This document shows, in pieces, positions 13,032 through 25,578 of a stretch of DNA of 64,000 bases. This DNA comes from Antedon mediterranea (Eukaryota > Animalia > Echinodermata). Numbering within the stretch: position 1 is the first letter of the stretch; each line of letters opens with the position of its first letter. Under the pieces are notes generated by a model. It had not been told where the DNA came from, did not search any database, and was given only the letters and a program-made list of their open reading frames with translations. Location: the NCBI RefSeq assembly GCF_964355755.1, contig NC_092673.1, positions 29,261,648 through 29,325,647 of the forward strand, given 5' to 3'. The position numbers and the translations under genes are program-made.

Positions 13032-13904
13032 GTATGTGATTATATTAATTCCATAATTTCTTTTAACAAAACCTCATTTAAAGAGTGACAATATAAAGTA
13101 TATTCTCAAATATAAATACAGTAGTAGTTAGCTTAAATACAGAGTGCATGTCTAGAGTTTCAAACAACCAAGAAGAATACCCATGCAAATCTATTGCCAT
13201 AAACAATATTAAAAAAAAGGAAAGGAAGACAATTAGAAGTATTCAACTAAACCCTTGCCAATAATGCATGCAAAATGTACTGCTCTCTGAAATAATAAAA
13301 CTAAGCAAGTATGCACAATTTAGAAACTTGTTATACACAGCAAAATGGGGTACCACAAGAATTTTAAATTTTAGCTGTTTTTAAAAAAATTAATAGATGT
13401 AGTATTTTTTTAAATTGAAATTGTTGCACTTTTTTATTTCTAAATATATGCAAAATTTAGAAACTTTTTAGTGCCAAATTCTATACACAGCAAACGAGTA
13501 CCACAAGAATTTAAATTTATATTTTTGGTTGTTAAAAACGTGTTATTTTTACTAATAGTTTTAAGGTTCTTGCATCTATGCATCTTGCATTTAGCATACT
13601 TTGAATTGAGAACAATACATTGAAAGCAATTGATTTAATTAAATTCCATCCCTATGATAAGATCTAGAGGGATTTCATGCTAGTGGCAATGAGGGTTTAG
13701 ACAAGGGAAAGTAAGTAAGTTAAGTGGGAAAAATTCAATGAAATTAACATATTTTGTTTATCTGTCAATAAAGTGTAGTTGTGAGTGGATACCATACACA
13801 CACAAATAAGCACCAAGTTATTTAATAACATTCGTTTTATTCATGCTCAAAGTCTCTTAATGCTTCACATTATCTTTGGTAATTATTTGATCAAATATTA
13901 TATG

Positions 13905-14068
13905 TGGAAATTTGTTGCAGTGCAATTGTGTCTTGACATTACCAGGTACCCATTTGTAAACCTGGGTGGAGAGAGGCAAATGTAAGTAAATGTCTTGCCT
14001 AAGGACACAAGCAATGTTGACAAGCGTTGGATTCGCACTTATGATCTCATAATCAGTGGTACAACCCT
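13905..14068 (-). mobile_element. CORE-SINE fragment
   Basis: cctgggtggagagaggcaaatgtaagtaaatgtcttgcctaagg. Confidence 0.75.
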
Positions 14069-14988
14069 CTTTCAGATTGCAATTTTAGAAAATTTTCTTT
14101 TTAATTTAACCAGATTCATGCATGTGAACTAGTTATTAAAATGTTAATAATAGACACTGGATGCAACTTTAAAGAAGTAATTGTTTGTTAGCTTATTTTC
14201 AAACAATTTATTGGTACTTTTTTGTGTGGGTATGGTATGTGTGGCGTGGGGGGTAAAATGTGACACCTACTGTACATGTGCCAAATGCAAACAAACAAAG
14301 TGTCATGACAACCAGCTGCTAACAATACAACCTCTGACATTGACAAAATAAACAATAACAAAAATAACAAGAAAACACAAACAGGCTTAGTAGTAGCACA
14401 CAATACCTTTCTCCTAAATGAAGATTTCTGTAGAATTCTATTTTTGCGATCGGGACTATCTGTATCCTGTATGATGTAGTGACACACAGAAAGAAAAGGC
14501 AATGGAATGTTAAAAACATGTAGAACAGGTTTCCCTCCAACGTTTACATTTTTTTCTAACGACATGAAGTTAAAATTTTGGCAGTTTTTGTCTTCTTTTG
14601 TTACCAATTAAAATCATTTAACTAGCTAAGCTATGTTAATTCTCCATGTGAATGAAAGTAAAAAATGTTGTCAGTTGAGTGTCTGAAAGTCTTGAACTAG
14701 GGTAGGGAAGGGGAATAGTCATTTATCGGAGATCTTCCCCAAAGCCTTGGATTTGGAGATTACATATATAAGAGTCTCTGGTTTGGTTTAGAGACTCTCA
14801 CATTGGACGGGGAATTAATTGGAGGGAGACCTGTAGGTGCGAATAAAATAAATATATTTATTGCTAAATTGCTGAAATGAAGGTTGTGAATAAAACAAAA
14901 CATTAAATAATAATATACATACTATATAGTTTGATTAATGATGGTCAATATTAAAATAATATATTTGGTTATATAACCACTGATTTAA

Positions 14989-15101
14989 AGCTCTGTCGAC
15001 ACTATCAAACTAGATGGTAGATGTGAAGTGCCCAAATATGCAGTATGGTAGACATCATCACGTTTTTTTGTTAAATAAAGTTTGATAGTGTAGACAGAGC
15101 T
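14989..15101. mobile_element. MITE family A
   Basis: Both TIRs, TAA TSD. Confidence 0.85.
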
Positions 15102-16723
15102 TAAGCATTATTTCGAATATTTTGAAGGTGCTTGGAGTGCAATTCTGTTGCAATTTCATTGAGAATATTTACCCGGGTATGTTGGTGACCTACCAAGTTA
15201 GTGATTGGTCCATGAAGACAACTTACCCGGGTAAATAACCCTGAACACGGCCACATAATACGTGAACGCAATCTTTATATTATGTGGTGCGAGGAGTTGA
15301 TTAAGCCAGTACAGTACAGTATATATTACAATTATTAATTTTATAAATAGCAGTATATATATAAGATATTAAAAGTTGTTTTGAACAATAATATTATGAA
15401 AAGAGATTGATTTTTCATGCAAAAGATATATATGCAATTTTTTTTGTTAGAACATTTGGGAAGTTATAAAAATATAATATTTCTACAAAGTAATTCATTT
15501 TAGAAATGTTATTATAGACAATCCGAAATATTAAAAGAAATAATTTTAAAATTTCTAATGATTATTTAAGCATATTATAACAAAATTTACTCTAATATAC
15601 TTGAAGCAAATCAAATGGTATTTATATTGCCATAAATGTTAAAAAGTTGGAAATTGGAAATAGTATTCACTGGTGTTTGAGTTAAATCGTTTGCATTGAA
15701 AATTAATTCTGTAGTCTAATTTATTTATGTGACTTTAAACAAGTATAGCAAAGTTTGGCACTAACAGACAGTAAGGCCAGCTGTCTTGTTTGACATATAC
15801 ACAGTATAGAACATGTGAGAAGTATGTAAGGACAATAAACCAATAAATTTGTTAAGCCGCCAGCCAAATCACTGTTCTGCCAAATGCTATTACCCATTTG
15901 GGGTTTATATTTTTGGTGTGTCCGTACTTTGGAAACTACTATAATTTGAAAATTAAAATCTCATGCTTTTAATTTCCTATCAAGTCATGTCACGTCACAT
16001 GGTATACAAAGTAGGTGCTAATACTTTGTTCATTTTCTTAACTAGTATAAGAAACATTCACAACAGTTTAACAATATAAAAGGGACTGGTTTATATAGTA
16101 ATAATAGGTAAATAAAAGAAAATAATAAAATATGGAACAGGAATATAACTTGTGAAATATTTATCAATGAATATTCATGACCAGTTATAAATATGTATAA
16201 ATGAGTATTACAAATACCAGGAAGACAACCTATTTAATCAATAACACTTACCAAAACATTCCACACAACAAATATTTACATAATATTTATGATAGTATAA
16301 ATAAAGATGCTAGGTATAAACATTTTATGACATGAAAAATATTTCCTCAATCATCAAGTTGTAGCTAGCATCTTTGTTTATACTCAGCTCTGGACCAATG
16401 CATTGTGCACTTTTTCATAAATGATGTGGTTTAATAACACTGCGTATATGATGACTATAAGTATAAGTCCAATTATTTATTTTGGTATTATCAGAGATTT
16501 ATTTACTATTGCAAGGGTATGTTTGTACTGTACTCAATTTGGTGCAGAGGCTTTATACCCTAGTCAACTCAACCAACCAGACCAACTTTCAAAACAATAC
16601 CAGCTGTATAAATGGACTTATACTTGGTTTAACACAGTAAAACAATCACAAGTGATCACAAGTACCATAAACATGACTTTTAAGATGCAAAATGAAAAAA
16701 CAAAAAAACAAACAAGTACATAC

Positions 16724-16951
16724 CTTTTTACTGAATAAACCAATTTTTCGTTTAGTTTTCTTAGTTTTACCAGATATAGTACCACCACTACTCCCATTGC
16801 TAGGTGTGACTGGAATCTCTAATTCAGATGAGATTGAGTCTGTATCAACTGGCTTAGGATGATGACCAGGCTCTACATCCAGGTCTTCAAATGTTATATC
16901 CCCCGGCGGAACATAACCGGATTTATATTTGTCCGTTACCATGACAGAATC
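16724..16951 (-). CDS. FNBP1L: FNBP1L-like exon 8 (DSVMVTDKYKSGYVPPGDITFEDL...KRKIGLFSKK)
   Basis: ttttttgtag acceptor, gtatgt donor, 228 nt; KSG..PPGD..FED motif at the end of the F-BAR domain. Confidence 0.95.
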
Positions 16952-17375
16952 CTACAAAAAAACATAAATAAATGTTATGAACATGAGTTTTTATTGGTTG
17001 GGAATAATTTTCACTGCAAAAAAGCCATTTGAAACATGCACGCTTATCGGTATAAATTAAAAAATGGTACTCTCAGAAGATAATGCTGTGCAATATGAAC
17101 CTGATTTTAATTAACATATTTTAGAGGGGTGTTCAATGAAAATTTATACTTTTTGAGTAATATCTCGCTCTTCGAGGAGAAATGGTTATTGTTGGTTTAT
17201 CCGGGTAAGCTAGGCATGAAAAAGATTTTTATTATGATTGTTATGCTTGTGCTTGCCTTTTTGTGTACTTTTTAAATGGTTTTTTTAATCTTTGTAACCA
17301 CAACCAAATTTGGTATACAAAAAAGAGTTTTGGATAATAAAGTTTTATTGAATTGAAATGGCAAATGCAACTTAC

Positions 17376-17522
17376 TGTACTTGGTTTGATCTGTTCTGCT
17401 TCTTGAACCATAGCTTCTAGACACTTGACTAATATAGGATTCACATCATTTTGTGATATTGAAAACTTCTTGTAGAACTCGCCCAACGATCTGGTTCTTT
17501 TTTCATCCATATCTTGCATTTT
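17376..17522 (-). CDS. FNBP1L: FNBP1L-like exon 7 (KMQDMDEKRTRSLGEFY...PILVKCLEAMVQEAEQIKPST)
   Basis: cacacag acceptor, gtaagt donor, 147 nt; Q.MDE.R and PI..KCLE.M motifs. Confidence 0.95.
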
Positions 17523-18011
17523 CTGTGTGTAAATTATTATTATTTTTCTTAAAGATTTTGTAGTTTGTAGAGATTATTATAATAAATCAAGCATTGAGAA
17601 ACTAAGTGAATTACTTGGCAAAACACAGGGGGTGTGTTATTTCATATCTCAGCCCATGCTCCAGACACATCCAGACAATCAGAATAAACACAGAAGCATG
17701 TCCATATCAACATTTTTTAACCTACATATGGGTGCTGCCAGTGATTGACCAATCATGACATAGTGGAAAACTCATTTTATTTCTTTATTAGCCATACAAA
17801 TACAAAAATACACAATTTGATAAGGAAAAGAATAACTACAGTTTAAAATAAAACTTTGACCCATAGGACGGTAACATCGTAATCATCTGAACCGTTGCTT
17901 GTGATTGGTCAATTCACGTCACAAAAAAACACAGGTCTCGCAGAATTATTAAACTTGCAGCTGTGTAATTGGTAGAACATTACAACTGGTAGAAAATAAA
18001 ACAAAACAAAC

Positions 18012-18140
18012 CTGGAAAACAGCTGGCATGTTTGTAAAATAATGTTCCTTCTGTGCTGTATTTGTTTTCTGTAACTGTAGTATGTAGTCATTCTTACTGT
18101 CTTCTCTCAGCTGATTTTTTGTATTCATAATGCTTTTTAA
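18012..18140 (-). CDS. FNBP1L: FNBP1L-like exon 6 (LKSIMNTKNQLREDSKNDYILQLQKTNTAQKEHYFTNMPAVFQ)
   Basis: ttactttcag acceptor, gtttgt donor, 129 nt; EDSKN.Y..QLQK.N..Q..HY...P..FQ motif. Confidence 0.95.
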
Positions 18141-18439
18141 CTGAAAGTAATACAGTGATAATAGATTGATAGAGTGATAATCTTCTGAAATGAATTTACA
18201 TGGGTTTTACAATCAACAAACTTTCAAGTTTTAATTTTCTTGCAGATTGTGAAGACAAACCTGTAGCCTTTTTCAAACTAGAAGACCAGCAGTGAAAGTG
18301 CAAGTAAATCGGCCTACTGTAACTCATGATTTTTTGGCCAATCCTAGCCAGCATCTTTTCATCTACTAGGCTAGGACTAAATCTATCATTTCTTCAGTCT
18401 GCGAAAATCCTGGCTACGAGATTGGAGTACATGACTTAC

Positions 18440-18544
18440 CCTTTCTACGGCAGCTTTTGTTTGGTTCGGGTCATTATCAGCCCGATTAAATGCTGCCTTG
18501 GCCTGCTCGAATGCTTTGTGTGCTTGCTCATAATGTTTTTTCAC
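18440..18544 (-). CDS. FNBP1L: FNBP1L-like exon 5 (VKKHYEQAHKAFEQAKAAFNRADNDPNQTKAAVER)
   Basis: gttttcag acceptor, gtaagt donor, 105 nt, phase 0-0; D.D.N.TKA.VE motif. Confidence 0.95.
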
Positions 18545-19394
18545 CTGAAAACAACATAACGAAAATCATTATTATTGTATTGAAAATATCCATATAGGTT
18601 TATAAATCAACATGACATTGAACCAAAATTGTATGATTCAGTAAATTTTAAATCATGCGGCCAAAGGTATGTAGTTGTACTTTTTTGTAAAATAATTTAA
18701 TACTGTACTCTTTCATTATATACCTAGAAACAAATTATATTAAAACTATTTGAAAAAAAAGTTTATTAGTTTTAATCCCTGTGAACAACAAAATTTAATA
18801 GATAAGGTTGACTGTGTTCAGTGTTGATTTTTCAAACAAGTATCTTCTAGTATTTCCCTTTCCATAATTTGTGTTAACTTTAGACACAAGATTTGGGCAA
18901 ATTCATTTTGTCCAGATAAACCAGATAACTCAATTTATACCAAGAAAGAATATTGGGGTAGGTGATTTAACACCCTTTGCAATGCAATTTCCTTGATACC
19001 GATAGACAGTATAAAAGTGATATCAATCTTTCTATCTAAATATACAAAACAAAACTACTGATTTGAGACTATTATAACCATCAATCAAATTATATTATGA
19101 TGCAAGGCAGACAAGGAAGTAAATGCTCAACATTAACAGTTTAATAACTCAGTCATTTTTAAATTTCCAAAAATTATTAAATACCATAATGATATCAATC
19201 TATAAACAGGTACTGTGTAAAGCTACCTTACAGTATAAAGACACACTATGGTATAAAGTTACCTTACTAGTACTAAGACAGCCCTACAGTATGGTGCTAT
19301 TTATGTAGGTAACCTAACCACAGGATATGTATAGGCCTCACATAACTTAAGGCCACCCTAATGTAAATTACAGTAAGTAAAACATGATGATGTA

Positions 19395-19574
19395 CAATCA
19401 ACTCTTACAACCTCTCTGAAAACTAGAAACTCTCCTAATAGCAAACTTTTCTTGACGACCAAATAGTCCAAAATTTCTTTTTACCATTAAAAAAACATTC
19501 CGAATACCAGAATTTCTGGAAAACCAGACATATTTTGCCGACCCAAAGGTGTCCAGTATTGGAAGAGTTGACTG
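19395..19574. mobile_element. Tc1/mariner (Tigger-like) MITE
   Basis: TA|CAATCAACTCTT...AAGAGTTGACTG|TA. Confidence 0.6.
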
Positions 19575-20959
19575 TATTAGTTAAATGGCGTAGCTTATAC
19601 GTGAGCCAGTTCTTTCATGCCCCTACAATATTGATTACTGTAGATAGCATAATACCATCATCTAATGTAATCTCTTGTCTCCAGAATCATCATTATCTAA
19701 ATTAGCAAATCTTTCATCCAGGCAAATCAAACTGTACAGTACCACTATCCTAGATTATAAGTATCTATGTGTACATTTATGAAAGAAAATCGACTTAATT
19801 CAAGCGAAAATGTTTTAGTCTCAACAATTATAGACATCATCTTACAGTTAATAAGTCAAAGATGCTCTCCGGGTGAAATGCCATCCTGAGATGAGAACGC
19901 GTCGTCTTGTTTGTAGTAATTAGTCAGTACAGCTAATTTTTTGGAAAATATATTTCGTAATTTTACTTTCTGATTCCGAAATAAAAGATTGAATGAATGA
20001 ATTACCCATTTATTCTTATTCTTGAAAATAATTCTATTATTACAGACTGAATTGCAGGTTTGTTTATATCTAAAAATGAAATGCACATTACATACTGTAC
20101 ACATTATACAAAAATAATTAAATTTATTAATAAACATTTTTGATATTATATTTCTGAAGATTATTAATTATATGAAGATAATCAATATCACAATATTTAA
20201 GCCTATTATGATAGAATGGAATGTTGTAGTATTTTATACCTTTGCACATGAAGTTGAAATAGTGTACTACCATTCAGTTTAGTTTTTGTTGCCATAATGA
20301 AAAAAATGTGTGAATTTCATCAGCATCTCGTAACCACTTCTAAGAAGTGTATAACCAATATAAGTGATCTTGAGTTATGGTCGATTCTAGGAATTCCAGA
20401 TACAGCATCAAGTTATCTGAAGTGTAGGCTTCAGATTCTAATTTCAAGGTGCTTTGTGATCCTATTCTGACATTAGGGACTTAATGAAACATGACAGTTA
20501 GGGGAGGACGACGAATATCCTGTGTTCGCTAGAGTGTAAAATCATAAACAGTCAACATAGCCGTTTTATTAATTAAATGGCTATGGTTAAACTGAGCCTT
20601 GCATTCAAACGCCGCGCAGAATGTATTGCTTTTAACACAGCCATTTTAACCCAATAAAAATGTTATTTCATTAAACGATTAAATTAGAAGTTCAAATATT
20701 ATTTAGAGTTTTGAAATTCCCACGTTTAAGTGTAATTTGAACTGTGTATTTAAGGTTATATGTACATTATTTCTAGTCGTTCTCTGTAAACAGGAAAATG
20801 GCAACTTTATCGCCCGAAAAAAAAGTTAAGACGACGGAATTTCACGCTAAGCTTCGGCCACTTTGTTAAAGCTCTTGCATAAATTATTCATGAGCACCGT
20901 CCTGTGGTTACCCGTCGTGTTTTGTAAAGTCCCTATTTACCTAGATATTTTAAACATAC

Positions 20960-21170
20960 CCTGTTGAGTGTATCGATTGAGTCTTGTAACTTCTTCTCCT
21001 CTTTTTCTCCTTCTTTTATTATACCCTTTCTTTCTGCTTTTAGTTCAACCCCTAACATCAATGCCTCTTTTGTGACCGTTGTTACTATATTCTCTGATAT
21101 CGTTTCATGTTGTAACGCCACGCTGTTTAGTTCTTTAAGTAAACCAACGAAGGCTTTGGTGCACGTGAAT
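20960..21170 (-). CDS. FNBP1L: FNBP1L-like exon 4 (FTCTKAFVGLLKELNSVALQHETISEN...DSIDTLNR)
   Basis: Poly-T tag acceptor, gtatgt donor, 211 nt; ELN..A.QHE.ISEN and ELK.ERK F-BAR motifs; within ORF 20933..21223. Confidence 0.95.
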
Positions 21171-21256
21171 CTAAAAAAAAAAAAATTATTATTATTTGTG
21201 ACGGATGTGATAGTGATCTCCAATCAAAAACACTCTAAAGGTACAGTCATAGCCTA

Positions 21257-21401
21257 AAGCTTTGTCTACACTATCAAACGTTATTTGATGTGCCCATATA
21301 TGGACATGATGATGTCATATCACTACCACATTTGGGCATATCACCACCATATATGGGCACATTACACTTTATTGTCAAACAATTTTCATAGTGTAGACAG
21401 T
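21257..21401. mobile_element. MITE family A
   Basis: TIRs and core. Confidence 0.8.
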
Positions 21402-22377
21402 TTTAGGATGGGTTCAATTCAATGATCTGACAAATTCATACCCATATCAAAATGTTATCCAGTCAAAGGTCAAATTATAAGGTCAAAGTTTACAAAAGAA
21501 TATTCATGTACAGTACAGGTAAAGTACTGTTTGAAATATAGAGTTAGCTATTATTTTCATTTAATTGAAAAGTGAAAATGAAGTTTTTAATTGGAGGGGT
21601 CTTCAATTTGACAATCTGAATTATATAGTTCAATAATTGACAAGGAAGTACATCAATAATTACAAAAGAATAAGCACTAAAATATGTCATCCTTCCTTTG
21701 TATGATTTTCTTGTGCCTGTATAGAAGATATGATTTACTTATCAATGAGTAGTCATGCTTTGGCTTACTGGATCATAATACAAGCTATGCTTTATTTCAG
21801 ATTAACTGCAAAAACGTTTGGTTTAGATAAAGCCGGTTTTCCACTAGGCGAATTTGTTTGCATGAATTCAATGTTTCGCAACGAAAAAAATCGTGCTACA
21901 CTTTCCAAGAGCTGCAATTTTCATTTCCATTACGTTGTCTGCTGAGGTTTTTGATTCACATGAGTGCTCATTAACGCGTAATAGCTCATTTCCTGAGCTC
22001 TGATTGGATGCGTAATTTTTTCGCTAAGCAAAACATAGGAACAATTTGAGCTACTAATTTCACAGAAGCAAAAAACTCAAGGAACTAGCATTTTTTGCAG
22101 AAACAAATTTAGAAGATGAAAAGACAATTATGCATATATATTTGAAAACAATAATGGGATCACCAGCTCGCCATCAGCCATTTCATAACAGGGACCTTTT
22201 GACTTGCGACAAACTACGACCTAAACACTGATGTGTCGGTCGTTTTGTTAAGGAAGAAAGTGAGCATTTTCCCAACTTCTCTGTATGCGCATAATTAATT
22301 AACATGATGACCTCACTTACAGGTCGTTGCTAGCTCCAAAGCTTCCTAATACCAACCTTATAAGTTTTAAAACTTAC

Positions 22378-22431
22378 CTATTGTATGCTTCTTCATCTTT
22401 TTTAGAAGGCTGATATTTTTTGACTAGTTGT
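22378..22431 (-). CDS. FNBP1L: FNBP1L-like exon 3 (QLVKKYQPSKKDEEAYNR)
   Basis: ttttttcag acceptor, gtaagt donor, 54 nt, phase 2-2; L.KKYQP.K motif. Confidence 0.93.
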
Positions 22432-22617
22432 CTGAAAAAAATTAAACAAGTCAAATAAATATATGATTAATGGTATTGTATATTTATATACAATACCAGG
22501 GCTATCAAATTATGGATGGAAAAAGATAATCTATATATACATACAATCAATCAATAATAATAATATACTGTATAAACATTATGTGTACAGTATTCATATA
22601 ATCAATATATTTCTTAC

Positions 22618-22733
22618 TTTATTTTTCCAGCATATTCATTTTCTATGGTTTGTCTTTCTCGTGAAAAATTACAAAACTTCTGCAAGAACTCAATGCCTTT
22701 ATCTGTATGTTTCTTTATGGGTTCAAATTGATC
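22618..22733 (-). CDS. FNBP1L: FNBP1L-like exon 2 (DQFEPIKKHTDKGIEFLQKFCNFSRERQTIENEYAGKIK), FCH/F-BAR
   Basis: ctcttttcag acceptor, gtaaga donor, 116 nt; DQF..HT..GI..L.K...F..ER..IE.EYA motif. Confidence 0.95.
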
Positions 22734-23311
22734 CTGAAAAGAGAGCAAATATACAATACAAGTACTGTACAACCATCAAGAAATTGCAGTTGGATTTGGT
22801 TTATTGGCAAATGAACTTCAGAAAGCTACTCAATTCTCAGTGCTGTATCACCACATAGAGTATGACTGTTTGTGTACAGTAGTATCTCCTACAAGGCACA
22901 GCATTTCATGTGTACAGCATGTGGCGCCTGCAATGTGTATGTGGTGCCTTTATTTAAAGGTTACTGTAGGGTATGATACAAGCATCAATGTGAAACATGT
23001 GTGAAACTGTATCACAGAACTGTAAAATACAAGCAGATGGTACTGTACCATCAATATTCTTTAAACCATTCATAAAATTAAGATATTTATAGAATTATTT
23101 GTTTGGGTCAAAGGTCATATTCTACGGGCTATTAACTTCATCATAAAATTCACACTCATTACCTATGATGGTTAATGCTTAATTAAAGCTACCTCTGTCA
23201 ATAATTGATGATGGATCCAGACAATTGTTATATACTGTATTTATTTAGGTCAGTTTTAATAATCTATCCCCCGCAAAAAAAAATGGATATTTGGTGTACT
23301 GTAAAAACCCA

Positions 23312-23860
23312 TCAGTAATAAGCCTACCCTGTGCTATAAAGTCTATCCCAAAGTTGTAAAGAAAATGTATATTCGGTGTAAACAACAATACGATAATGAT
23401 TCAGTAATAAGCCCACCTTGGGCTATAAAGTATATCCCAAAGTTGTAAAGAAAATGTATATTCGGCGTAAACAACAATACGATAATGATTCAGTAATAAG
23501 CCCACCTTGGGCTATAAAGTATATCCCAAAATTGTAAAGAAAATGTATATTCGGTGTAAACAACAATATGATAATGACTCAGTAATAAGCCCACCTTGGG
23601 CTATAAAGTCTATCCCAAAGTTGTAAAGAAAATGTATATTCGGTGTAAACAACAATACGATAATGACTCAGTAATAAGCCCACCTTGGGCTATAAAGTCT
23701 ATGCCAAAGTTGTAAAGAAAATGTATATTCGGTGTAAACAACCATATGATAATGACTCGGTAATAAGCCCACCCTGGCTATAAAGTCTATCCAAAAATTG
23801 TAAAGAAACTGGATTTGATATTGAACTGTTATAATAATGACACTGAATAAGCCCACCTTA
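23312..23860. repeat. 89-bp minisatellite, about 6 copies
   Basis: tcagtaataagccc at 23312, 23401, 23490, 23579, 23668, 23757. Confidence 0.95.
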
Positions 23861-24255
23861 TTAAATTTGAAGTAATAGTTTCCATTCAAAATGATATATT
23901 GTACAAAATTAAACCAACATCTCATCATCAACAACCACACATCTACAGTAAATGGTGATGCCTTCATCTTTAAGGATTAAGCTTACAAATACAGTACAGT
24001 ACAGTAGGTAATAATTAAATAATAAGTACTGTTAAGAGTAGTATACAGAATGCTAAGTAGAGGCATTTGCTTCAGTATATTATTGTGGTAACCCCAGAGT
24101 GTCTGTGTTAAATCAATGATATTCCTAATCTGATGATGAGTCACAGCTAAATACTGTACTTTGAGGATCTAATTATAAATTTTAATTATTTATCAATAAC
24201 TCATCTCAATGAAATTGTAGCCACACTACGTAGATCTAATAATAAGCAGTCCTTA

Positions 24256-24420
24256 AGCTCTGTCTACACTATCAGAACTAGTTTGACAAAAAAGTGTGAT
24301 GTGCTCAAATATGGTAGTGATATGCCCAAATATAGTATTATGACATCATCATACATGTCCATATATGGGCACATCACCTTTTTTTTGTGTCACATAAAGT
24401 TTGATAGTGTAGACAGAGCT
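24256..24420. mobile_element. MITE family A
   Basis: Both TIRs and core. Confidence 0.85.
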
Positions 24421-25014
24421 TTTGTTGAATTTCACTTTAAAATGTACTGTAGAGGTGAGCACCTTGTTTGTACTTTAATAAGTATTGTATTAATAATATT
24501 ATTAGGCAAGTTTTAAAAGTACTTAATTTATAGCAATTAAGTTTGTCCTGTGAATTCAAATTTGATCAAAGGATTGACTAGTTTTTAAAGTTTATTCCAA
24601 GAAAAAACAGATGCAAGATTAGGTTAACATCTTAATCTCTCTCTCTGGCCCCATAATACATAATTAAATCATGCCTAAATAATACATAATTAAATCATAC
24701 CTAAAATACAAATAATACATTTGATTAAAATGTCACTGATATAATGATGAAATATTGGTGTCATTTAGTCATTATTTCTGCTACACTTTCCTCATCATTA
24801 ATTTCAAATCAACTATGAACATCTTTTGTATTTTTTCATCAACCATTGACCAAGTATAAAGTAAGTAAGCTACATTATTAGCTCGAGTCAGTGGATCTTT
24901 GGAATTCTAATTCCCAATCACTATTATGGTAGACTCGAAGAGACAGATGTTGAATTCATAAATAACACCTCTTGCATTCTGACAAACATGGCTGTGATTT
25001 TTTCATACACATCC

Positions 25015-25193
25015 AACAGCGAGTAACTGGACAATTACAGGATGGATAAACTATTTTAATTTATCATACTTACTGTAAACAGTAAACTAAGTCTCATTTG
25101 AGGCTTACTGTAGGAAGTGGAGTCTAGCAATAGGTTAAAATTGAACCCGGGATCTTGAATTGGAAGGCAAGCACTTTTATCCACTAACCTACA
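25015..25193 (-). mobile_element. Same tRNA-Gly-like SINE family
   Basis: Shared aaactaagtctcatttgaggctta block and tRNA head. Confidence 0.7.
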
Positions 25194-25409
25194 TACTGTA
25201 CAACTATACTACAATTACATACTGTACATTACATTACAAAATGTATTCAAAGTAAAATATGTTAAGTAAATTAATCATAAAACAAAATCATTGCTTAAAT
25301 CCTACTGGAGAAGTAGAATAACACAGTACTAACACTGTAACCAGAGGTGAAGCTACAGTTCACGCTGAACCAAAAATGGTGGCTGTCGCCCAATACATAT
25401 TGGTACAAA

Positions 25410-25578
25410 GCTAGGTCTACTATACACTATCAAACTTGTTTGACAAAAAAAGTGTGATGTGCCCAAATATGGTAGTGATATTCCCAAATATGGTAGTGAT
25501 ATGACATCATCATTGTCCATACATATACAGTATGGGCACATCACATTTTTTGTCACATAAAGTTTGATAGTGTAGAGC
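25410..25578. mobile_element. MITE family A
   Basis: TIRs and core. Confidence 0.8.

Noticed and set aside
15166-15237. ATTTACCCGGGTA inverted repeat
   Set aside because: Likely a MITE remnant; nothing further supportable
21603-21635. Plus-strand QFDNL resembling the FNBP1 exon 2 start
   Set aside because: Wrong strand and an immediate stop; the true exon 2 is 22618-22733
23312-23860. CRISPR-like regular repeats (also 27265-27925 and 44735-45162)
   Set aside because: Whole units repeat with no unique spacers, there are no cas genes, and the context is eukaryotic
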